IMG/VR virus record: IMGVR_UViG_3300042906_000857
Coordinates: 131,297 to 172,157 of that record
Length of the DNA: 40,861 nt
Source: a virus
Lineage: Duplodnaviria > Heunggongvirae > Uroviricota > Caudoviricetes
Direction: 5' to 3' (one strand)
The notes below the pieces were generated by a model. That model saw nothing but the letters and a program-made list of their open reading frames with translations, was not told the origin of the DNA and did no database searches. Both the position numbers and the translations under genes were made by a program. Shown here one piece after another: positions 18,535 to 27,000 of the stretch; position 1 is the stretch's first letter, and each line of letters begins with the position of its first letter.

Positions 18535-18861
18535 TTATGTTATTTCTAACAGACTTAAAATTACATCAGCTGCCGATGCGTTGCTTGTAGATACTTTGAT
18601 TGAATCGTTAGCTTCCAAGACAAGTTTTTGTTCACCACCAATTGTGATTAGTGAACTACCCGGATCGATTGTCGCCATCTTAACCATATAGTAATCAGAT
18701 GCAGAAGATGTTACAATAACATTTGCTGTTATAGATGAATTTAATATGTTTGCGATAGTCATACCAATAATGGTCGTAGAAACACCAGCACCTGCCGTAT
18801 ATATTGTTACGGGTGATGTGCCTACCGCAGCTTGAAGTTGATTTTTAAAAATATTTGCCAT
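18535..18861 (-). CDS. Small beta-rich virion adaptor-like protein (108 aa)
   Basis: MANIFKN...IYTA...IIGMTIAN...KLVLEANDSIKV...SLLEIT. Confidence 0.8.
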   Translation of the reverse strand: MANIFKNQLQAAVGTSPVTIYTAGAGVSTTIIGMTIANILNSSITANVIVTSSASDYYMVKMATIDPGSSLITIGGEQKLVLEANDSIKVSTSNASAADVILSLLEIT

Positions 18862-18881
18862 TTAAATTTCCTGATATTGTA

Positions 18882-18888
18882 TATTTAT
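18882..18888 (-). promoter_or_regulatory. T4-like late promoter motif ATAAATA
   Basis: Intergenic, 20 nt upstream of ATG 18861. Confidence 0.65.
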
Positions 18889-18892
18889 CGTG

Positions 18893-19342
18893 TCAACTAA
18901 ATGCGATAGTGAAAGCAACAATCTGAGAGTTTACATCCAATGATGTTGTACCCGTATTCGCCTTGTCAAAAGCTGCGTTGGCCTGGATGAATGCCGCATT
19001 GGCAGTACTTCTAGCATACGTATCAGTTGTTGAACCGCCACCCGAAGCATTGGCGGTTGAACTAATCGTTATGGTTTTTGTAGAAGTATTTGTGGTAATG
19101 CTAATGTCATTACCTGCAACAAACGAAAGTGTGTCTGAAACACCAGTTGCCAATATCAGTGAACTATTGGAATTGATTGTGTCGAATGAACGTTGGTTGG
19201 AAATGAAAGAAGTTCCACCACTATCATTTTTGTAATACAGTTTTCCATCGGCGTAGTTGATTGCAACTTCACCAAATGAAAGTCCGGCTGGTGTGTTACC
19301 TGTTGCGCCTGATTTTTTTAACTGTATTGCTGTGTTTGACAT
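18893..19342 (-). CDS. Short connector-like virion protein (149 aa)
   Basis: N-terminal IQLKKSG..P..L..GEVAINYADGKLYYK; DTLSFVAG; ANAAF heptads; hydrophobic tail IVAFTIAFS. Confidence 0.8.
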   Translation of the reverse strand: MSNTAIQLKKSGATGNTPAGLSFGEVAINYADGKLYYKNDSGGTSFISNQRSFDTINSNSSLILATGVSDTLSFVAGNDISITTNTSTKTITISSTANASGGGSTTDTYARSTANAAFIQANAAFDKANTGTTSLDVNSQIVAFTIAFS

Positions 19343-19346
19343 TTAC

Positions 19347-20042
19347 TTAAAACGATCCGCCATCTTTGACTGTGCCATCTGCGTCCACGATTTGTGTGAC
19401 CACAGACTCTTGTTTATTCAGCTCATCAAGTTTTTTTCTTTTGGCAGGAGGCAATTGTAAATATTCAATTTGTGCAAGCAACTCAGCAACTTTTTTATCA
19501 ACACTAAGACTTTCTTCTTTCTGTTTGTTTAACAGACCGTCAATTTCGTTCTTATGTTTAGTTGCTAATTCGTTCGCCAATTCATTTAATCTATTGGTGC
19601 TCGTTGAAGTTAATTCATCCAATTTTCTCTGTAGATCACCACGTACATTTTGTGTTTCTTCTCTGGCTTTCATTAATTCATTTTTAAATGTATCAACGTG
19701 GGTAGCCTGATTCTTAACACTATCATAGTCACGATACTTATTGTTCAAATCATTTAAATCGGATTGTAACTTCTGTACTTGATTGTTACCATCATTCAAT
19801 TTATTTTGCATATCTTGAATGATGGTACTTTCATTTTCAGAATTTCGGTCCTCAAGTTCCTTCAGCATCAGCTGATGTTCGTTGAGTGCCTTTGTCAAAC
19901 CTTCAATCTTACTTGTTTGTTCACCAATAACTTCTTCGGTCACCTTAGCATTCGCTTGCATTGAGACATTTCGGATTATACAATCCGTCATCGTGCTCGT
20001 CATTGTCTCAATGTAATAATTTAAATATTTCTCATTTCCCAT
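19347..20042 (-). CDS. Charged coiled-coil protein (231 aa) ending in DGGSF
   Basis: E/K/Q/L-rich heptads; AGGAG RBS upstream. Confidence 0.8.
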   Translation of the reverse strand: MGNEKYLNYYIETMTSTMTDCIIRNVSMQANAKVTEEVIGEQTSKIEGLTKALNEHQLMLKELEDRNSENESTIIQDMQNKLNDGNNQVQKLQSDLNDLNNKYRDYDSVKNQATHVDTFKNELMKAREETQNVRGDLQRKLDELTSTSTNRLNELANELATKHKNEIDGLLNKQKEESLSVDKKVAELLAQIEYLQLPPAKRKKLDELNKQESVVTQIVDADGTVKDGGSF

Positions 20043-20088
20043 TTCAAACTCCTATCATAAAAAAAACATGTTACATTATATAGTCAGC

Positions 20089-21864
20089 TTAGAATTGACC
20101 TCCGTCCAATGTTGTTGTCCAAACAGGAACACCAGCATTAGTAGTTGTAAGAATTTGATTTGACCATGTTTGGTCGGAAGTACCAGAAGCAGCAGTAACC
20201 GCCATGGCATTTGTGCCATCACCGTATACAATACCTTTTGATGTAAATGTAGATGCACCAGTACCACCTTGTGCAACAGTTAGACCTGATATATCGGTTG
20301 CTGTTGCAGCAGTTACACGACCATACGCATCAACAGTTAGAGAACTAATTGTTTTAGCTGCACCAAGAGTGCCTGTTAGTGTGTAGGTTGAATTTGCAAG
20401 TACGCCGATTGCGCCTGATCCAGAACCAACTAACAAACCACCGTTAGAGAATGTAGATGCACCAGTACCGCCTTGAGTAACTGTTAGACCAGAAATGTCC
20501 GAACCAGTTGCAGCAGTTACACGACCGTAAGCATCAACAGTCAACGATGTGATTGTCTTAGATGCACTTAATGAACCTGTTAGTGTGTAGGTTGAATTTG
20601 ATAGTGTGGTTATATTGTTGCCGCCAGCACCAATAATAATTGCACCACTTGTTAGTGTTGAGGTTGATGTGACAGCAGCATTACCTGTAGCATAAGCGCC
20701 TTCAATGTAAGATTGTAGGTCTATACCGTTTGAAGTAATTCTTCCTGGAATAGCAACGTTACCGTTCGCATAGAACACCGATAGGTTCGCAGCAGGTCCA
20801 ACACTCAAGTCATCAGTAAGGGATGAAACTGTTTTAGTTCTAACAAATGTACTAATAACATTGGCTTTAACAACGTTAAGTACCAGATTAGCCGTGTTGA
20901 ATCCGTTACTTGTAATGTCTATAACGTTGGAATCTGGTTCAACGGTGTAACCATCAAAAGCGTAGAATTCTTTAGTGCCAGCGTGACGAATGAAACCGGC
21001 ATGAGCGTTCGCAGCACCACTGTTATAGTGTCCAACGAAACCAATATCAACAATGTCTGATACATAATTGTTTCCAGCCAAATAGATTAATGGGTCAGAA
21101 ACTTCCAATGTAGTTGTATTGACAATTGTTGAAGAACCTAGAACATTCAAGTTACCACTAATCTGAACGTTACCGTCAATGGTTTGATTCAAACTTCCTG
21201 TATTTGCACGAACAACAGTGTTATCAACATCTACTGTTACAGTATTATTTGTTACTGTGGAAGTTATACCTGCACCACCAGTGAAGGTTAATGTATCGGA
21301 AGCAAGAGAAACACTGTCTGTACCTGTATCACCAGCAATACCTAAGGTGGTAGAAATGGTTGCCGAATTGGCAATCGACATAATACGACCGTTTGCAGCA
21401 ACAGTAACAATAGGAACTGTTGTTGAACCACCGTATACCCCAGCAGTAAGACCAGCCACAGCATTAAGTGAAGCACTTAACGTTGCATTTGCAGTACCAT
21501 TAAACAACTGTGCAGATGCAGTAATATCACCACCAGTAACATCAATGTATCTGTTGGTTTCAAATTGTGTTGCAGCATTCGCAACACCAGCAAGTGTACC
21601 AGAAAGGTTTGTTGCTGAGATATAATTGAACGCAACATTACCAGATGCATCACGGCGTACTAGAGTACCACTACCGTTTGCGCTGGTCGCTGAATCAATT
21701 TGTGATGTGTAGTATTGTCCACCAACATTAACAACACCAGTTCCATCAGGGGAACCAATAAAGATTGTATTCGATTGGTATGAATATGCTAATTCACCCG
21801 CCAGCAGGCTTCCAGGTACGCCTGTGGTAAGGGAACGTTTAATTCTTAGTGCTGTATTTGCCAT
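20089..21864 (-). CDS. Tail-fibre-like protein (591 aa)
   Basis: N-terminal LRIKRS..P.SL..GELAY; TVDAYGRVTAA and QGGTGAST fibre motifs; two 68-aa repeats; ends LDGGQF. Confidence 0.8.
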   Translation of the reverse strand: MANTALRIKRSLTTGVPGSLLAGELAYSYQSNTIFIGSPDGTGVVNVGGQYYTSQIDSATSANGSGTLVRRDASGNVAFNYISATNLSGTLAGVANAATQFETNRYIDVTGGDITASAQLFNGTANATLSASLNAVAGLTAGVYGGSTTVPIVTVAANGRIMSIANSATISTTLGIAGDTGTDSVSLASDTLTFTGGAGITSTVTNNTVTVDVDNTVVRANTGSLNQTIDGNVQISGNLNVLGSSTIVNTTTLEVSDPLIYLAGNNYVSDIVDIGFVGHYNSGAANAHAGFIRHAGTKEFYAFDGYTVEPDSNVIDITSNGFNTANLVLNVVKANVISTFVRTKTVSSLTDDLSVGPAANLSVFYANGNVAIPGRITSNGIDLQSYIEGAYATGNAAVTSTSTLTSGAIIIGAGGNNITTLSNSTYTLTGSLSASKTITSLTVDAYGRVTAATGSDISGLTVTQGGTGASTFSNGGLLVGSGSGAIGVLANSTYTLTGTLGAAKTISSLTVDAYGRVTAATATDISGLTVAQGGTGASTFTSKGIVYGDGTNAMAVTAASGTSDQTWSNQILTTTNAGVPVWTTTLDGGQF

Positions 21865-21902
21865 TATTATTATCCTTGTTGTATGGTTGGTATACTATAT
21901 TC

Positions 21903-21909
21903 TATTTAT
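21903..21909 (-). promoter_or_regulatory. T4-like late promoter motif ATAAATA
   Basis: Overlaps the stop of the upstream gene, about 40 nt before ATG 21864. Confidence 0.6.
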
Positions 21910-22118
21910 CAAAAACTGCCACCGTCAAATTGTATATCTGATGCTGGTCCAGGTACACTTGAAATGTATCCTCCACCACCAATAGGTATAACTTCATTAT
22001 TACTTGTTCCAATAAACAATGTATTTGAAACAAAAGAGTATGCTAATTCACCATCCGACAATGAAGTCGGTGTTGCAGTAACATACGAACGTAAAATCTG
22101 TATCGTTGTATTTGCCAT
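21909..22118 (-). CDS. 69-aa mini-protein consisting of the RS..GELAY domain plus DGGSF tail
   Basis: Clear similarity to both termini of 20089-21864; abuts the upstream stop codon. Confidence 0.8.
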   Translation of the reverse strand: MANTTIQILRSYVTATPTSLSDGELAYSFVSNTLFIGTSNNEVIPIGGGGYISSVPGPASDIQFDGGSF

Positions 22119-22652
22119 TTAGAAAAACCCTGCGTCAGCACCAGTAAATGCCAAATATGTAACTGAATTTGCCACAGCTGCAGCTAATCCTCCAACAGGT
22201 ATTTCTCCATTAACTGTATTTACCGGAACAAAACCACCTTGTGGAGTCACAACCATTGCAATTGGGTTTGGATATGCAGCAGTCGGTGCAGCTGAAAATG
22301 CAACTGAACCTGTCTCAGCATCCGATTTAATAACTGTTCCATCCAAATCAATAGTGTTTCCAGACAAATACAAACTTCTAAATTTCTGTGTTCTACTACC
22401 CAAGTCGTAAGTTCTCGATGATGTTGGTAATAAATGTCCAGAAACTGGTGTCGCTGCGCCTAAAGGTTTTACATCAAAAGTTTTTGTTTGTGCATTATAA
22501 ACAATCACTTCACCCGTGTTTGCAGTACCAACATTCAAGTCGGTAGAACTTCTTAACGTTTTGGTACCGTAAGATAGAGTCTGTACTCTTGTCTTTTGTC
22601 CTTCAACCTTAACTTTAATTGTTGCTGGTTGTCTAACTGTTACTGTGGCCAT
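22119..22652 (-). CDS. Virion structural/connector protein (177 aa)
   Basis: GHLLP...TYDLGS...FRSLYLSGNTI fibre motif; ends DAGFF; AGGA RBS. Confidence 0.75.
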   Translation of the reverse strand: MATVTVRQPATIKVKVEGQKTRVQTLSYGTKTLRSSTDLNVGTANTGEVIVYNAQTKTFDVKPLGAATPVSGHLLPTSSRTYDLGSRTQKFRSLYLSGNTIDLDGTVIKSDAETGSVAFSAAPTAAYPNPIAMVVTPQGGFVPVNTVNGEIPVGGLAAAVANSVTYLAFTGADAGFF

Positions 22653-22661
22653 ATTAGTCCT

Positions 22662-23003
22662 TTAAAAAACAGTAACTTGGGGTAAAACGTTTACAACTCC
22701 TTCTAAAACTCTAGAAACTGTGTTTGAAGAATCTTTGATGAGTACGTCATACACATATCTACCAGCAGATATATTTGCTGTGTTTGCGTTTGACAATGAC
22801 ATAACCAAAACACCTTCAAGTGGATCATTAATTTCAATTACAAAATTTGCTGTTGTACTGTTAGAATAATAAGATTTTTTCATAACAGCTTTAACTTGAC
22901 AACCAGTTAAAACAAAAGGCGAACCATCAGCCTGGTCCAGAGATATCGATGTATTGTAATCTGAACCTTGTTCTAAAAATAATTCTTGGTAACCTGCTGG
23001 CAT
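22662..23003 (-). CDS. Ig-like virion attachment protein (113 aa; BppU-N-like by motif)
   Basis: LEQGSD...LTG...K.Y...G...SL....T.....GRYVYDV......RVLEG.V.V.P.VT pattern recognised from T4-like aquatic phages. Confidence 0.7.
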   Translation of the reverse strand: MPAGYQELFLEQGSDYNTSISLDQADGSPFVLTGCQVKAVMKKSYYSNSTTANFVIEINDPLEGVLVMSLSNANTANISAGRYVYDVLIKDSSNTVSRVLEGVVNVLPQVTVF

Positions 23004-23022
23004 TATTGACCCCTTTTAGAGG

Positions 23023-23029
23023 TATTTAT
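23023..23029 (-). promoter_or_regulatory. T4-like late promoter motif ATAAATA
   Basis: Intergenic, about 20 nt upstream of ATG 23003. Confidence 0.65.
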
Positions 23030-23035
23030 TATACT

Positions 23036-24004
23036 TTAAACCGTTCTTTTCCATACATACAAAGGAGTAATAACTGGAGAGAAATTACTATTGGCAATGG
23101 CTACCCAAGTTCCAAAACCTAAGAGTGTGGATGGATCAGCACTGTTTGAAACATTTAAATAAACCGAACCTACAGGATATGCAGCAGATAGTGTATTCAA
23201 CACTGTAGGTATGGTTGGTCTATTTGATAAATCGTTGTAAGAACCTGATGTGGCCACACCCGCAAGACCAGTTACCGCACCTGCATTGATAGCAATTGCA
23301 ATATTATTTGCGGAAGTAATTCTTCCTGTTGCATCCAATGTGTATCTTGGCACAACTGCCTGTCCACCAAAAGAAATTGCAGCAACACCTGTTGCAGGAA
23401 GTCTATCTCGATTTAATGTACCTGAAGTAATGTTGTCTGCGTTTGTAGTATCTGTTGTTGCAGAATTGGCCAGACCAGTCACCGCACCTGAAGCAATAGA
23501 AATTGCAATACTATTTGCAGAAGTAATTCTACCTTTGTTATCTACTGTGAATCTGGCTGATTGTCCAGTACTTCCCACAGAAGTTGCAGTTACACCACTG
23601 ATAGCCAACCTTGCGGCCGCCAATGTACCTGATGAAATATTATTTGCATTAGTAGTATCAGTTGTGGCCGATGCAACGAATGATGGGTAGTTGGTGATCT
23701 GAGAGGTTGGTATTGCAATTGCAACCGAATTGGCAGAAGTAATTCTACCTTTGTCATCAACCGTAAACCTAGAAACTTGTGTTGCAGAACCGGTTGAGGT
23801 TGCTGATACTTTATTCGCCAATCGAACATCAGCAATTGTTCCTGATGTTAGTTGTGCAGTGTCTATACTAACAGCTGATTCAGACGCAGCAGTAATTCTA
23901 CCTTGTGAATCAATAGTTATCGATGATATGGTTGCCGCATCACCATATGAACCAGAAGTTACTGCTGTATTAGCCAGTACTGATGGCGTTATCTTTGTTG
24001 TCAT
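23036..24004 (-). CDS. Short tail-fibre-like protein with TVDxKGRITSA repeats and minimal gp10-C-like tip
   Basis: Four GRIT repeats; VATSGSYNDL; YPVGSVY...P..LLGFGTW...YVWKRT. Confidence 0.8.
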   Translation of the reverse strand: MTTKITPSVLANTAVTSGSYGDAATISSITIDSQGRITAASESAVSIDTAQLTSGTIADVRLANKVSATSTGSATQVSRFTVDDKGRITSANSVAIAIPTSQITNYPSFVASATTDTTNANNISSGTLAAARLAISGVTATSVGSTGQSARFTVDNKGRITSANSIAISIASGAVTGLANSATTDTTNADNITSGTLNRDRLPATGVAAISFGGQAVVPRYTLDATGRITSANNIAIAINAGAVTGLAGVATSGSYNDLSNRPTIPTVLNTLSAAYPVGSVYLNVSNSADPSTLLGFGTWVAIANSNFSPVITPLYVWKRTV

Positions 24005-27000
24005 TTATTTTTGTCCTTTTAATACTTCAATCTCTGCTTTAAGTTCTTTAATTGCTTCAATCAAAACGCCAACAATATTTCCATATGAAACGGACATAAA
24101 TTCTTGTTCACTTGCTGCCTCCATTACTACCTCAGGAAGAATTTCTTTCATCTCCTGTGCAATAACACCAACACCTTTTTCACCCGAATCAATTCTTTCA
24201 TATGTAACGCCACGCATTTTACCTACAGTGTCTAGTGCATTTTCAATTGTCTTAACATTTGTTTTTAATCTTGCATCAGAATAAGCAGTAACGTTACCAC
24301 GAGCAATAAAGTTACCAGCTGTGTCTGCGGTAAATCTATATTGTGCGCCGTCAGACCATCCACCAATTCTGAAAACGTTATCAGCATCTAGACCCATGTT
24401 AATTGCATAAGCACCTGGTCTATGGAATGACATTGAAGCACTGTCACCAATTACACCTGAACCAAGAACTGCTAATGTTCCTGATTGTCCGCCATAAGCA
24501 ACACCTTGTGATGACTTGAAATTGTATACTGATGTAATTGTACCACCGGAAACAGCCGTTAATACTGATGCACCATTAACTATAAGGTTTTGTCCTGGTA
24601 AATAATAATTTGAACCATCATTGTATAGATACTTTGTACCTGAAGAACTTAAATATATAACCCCTGTTGTACCACCACTTCTATATGCACTAATATCACC
24701 AGTTGCAGATAATGTAATTTTACCTTGGCCATTGGTTACACTAACTTCACCAGTAAACCCAGCACCAGTTATTGCAGCATAAGTGGCTGGCAATCTAGCT
24801 GCATTTAATATTCCTGATGTAATGTTTGAAGCATTAGTTGTATCAGTTAAAGCACTTGCTGCGAAATTAGGAAAATCTGAAATTTGTGATTTCTGAATCT
24901 GAATAGTTGCATCACTCGCACCAGTAATAACACCTCTATCGTTTACAGTAAATTGTGCAACTTTATTTGCACCACCATAAGAATTGGCCACAACACCGGT
25001 GGCTGCCAATCGTGCATTAGCCAAAGTACCAGAAATAATGTTGCCTGCATTTGTTGTGTCTGTTGTAGCAGAAGCAGCAAGTGTTGGGAAGTTAGTAATC
25101 TGTGAAGTTGGTATTGCAATTGCCACCGAATTGGCAGAAGTAATTCTTCCTTTAGAATCAACAGTAAATCTGGATACTTGCGCTGCCGTTCCAGTTGAAG
25201 TTGCTGTTACCTTTTCTGCTAGATTAGAATCACCAACAGTTCCAGAGAGTTTTGATGTTGCTAGTGATGTTATCCAAGAAGGATTGGCATATGAAACAGA
25301 GGTGTATATACCATTTGTTACAGTACCAGCATTACCTGATGTGTTAATTGCATATGTAACACCTGATGTTGCTACAGGATCATTCAATACGTTCTTAACA
25401 AACTCAGTTGTTGCTAATGCAGTATTACTTGTATTAGCATTCATCGTTGGAGCAAGTACAATACCAGTGATTGTACCACCAGACTTGGCTATTTTTCTAG
25501 ATTCGATATCATCAATTGCAAGTTGAATAGTGTTTGCGGAACCGGAGATTGAACCGGTTGATGGACCATACGTAATATTGTTTGCATAGTATGGAAATAC
25601 TGCATAACCATCAACTTCAACCAGTAGTGTATCACCTGTAGCTGGTGCAGTTGAGAATATAATTTTAGAGTTGCTACTATTTGCGGAATATTCCGAATCC
25701 AATTGACGAACACCATTAATATATGCTCTCAGTTGAGTATTATTATTAAAGGTTGGTGTGGTAAATTTATTATTTGAACTGTCACCAGAATAACTTAGTC
25801 GAGAAGATACTATTGTTGTTCCTGGTGTTGCACCACCGCCACCTCCTGTACCACCTGGCGCCCAATAGTAATTGCCTGGACCACCAGTAACCAAACTATA
25901 TCCTGTTGTGCCAGAACCTGCAGCTTCGGTTACCATATTGGTAAACGCAGCAGACAATGAAGAAGCACCAGTACCACCTTGACTTGCAGTTAGTGGTGAT
26001 GTTAAAGATAGTGATGCAAAACTTGGAGAAGCAGTTGTTCTTAAATCTTGTGGTGTACTTACAGTTAATGTGTTTGCACCAGTGGCATCGATTGAAATGC
26101 CGTTGTTACTATTGAAAGTAATACCACCAGAGTTTGCAGTTATTGAACCGGAAGAACCGTTAATTGTTGCAATAACTGAATTGGCTTTTGCGTAAGCGGA
26201 ATTTGCCTTAGAGAAAGCAGGTTCAATCTGTGGTGCAACATTGTTTGCTGCCAAGAAAGCCGCATTGGCCTTTATGAAGGCGCCGTTAGCATATAGACCA
26301 GAATTTACTGCCTTGGTGTCTGCTGTGTTTGCAGCACCAAAACCGGAGTTCGCATAAGAACCTGCTGATGCCACGGCAGCCTGCAAGAACGTATTAGCCG
26401 CAGTGATTGTGTTGTTTAATGTGTTTGCAACAGCAGAAGATGCAACATTGGTTGAACTTGTAGAAGTTAACGAAGCACTAATTTGTTCGTTAGTTAAAAT
26501 TCTATAATAACTATTTGATGATACGTTAATTGTATCAAAGAATTTACTTGTTTCATTCCAACGAATCGCAGCATTTGTACTACCAGTACCTCTGTTTACT
26601 TCAAAGTAACTAATTTGTGGTGTGTTGGTACCGTTATTAATTGTGAATGTGTTTGAGTTATATACAGTGGTGCCGTTGATAACAAAGTTGCCACCAATAG
26701 ACAAGTTACTTTGTACTGATAGGTTATTAACAAACGCCGATGCTGAATTAGCATCAATCAATTGAGATACAGATAATGTTTGAGTGTTTGCGGAATTATT
26801 TGCTTGTACATTGTCTGTATAAACTATAGCGGAAACAAATGCTGTTGGTGCAGAAATACTTGAGTTTGCTACCAAGAAATTTGTATAGGTTGTATTTACA
26901 ACCGAAGCATTCGATGTATTAACTGATGTGTTTGCTTGCAATACATTAACGAGAGTTCTTTCCGAAACAGAAAGTACTTGAGTATTTGCGGAAGTGTTTG

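Noticed and set aside
19425-19455. NLS-like PPAKRKK in the coiled-coil protein
   Set aside because: Context is a bacteriophage structural module; a short basic motif is expected by chance
20076-20083. CTATATAA upstream of the coiled-coil gene as a late promoter
   Set aside because: Too degenerate to call in AT-rich DNA
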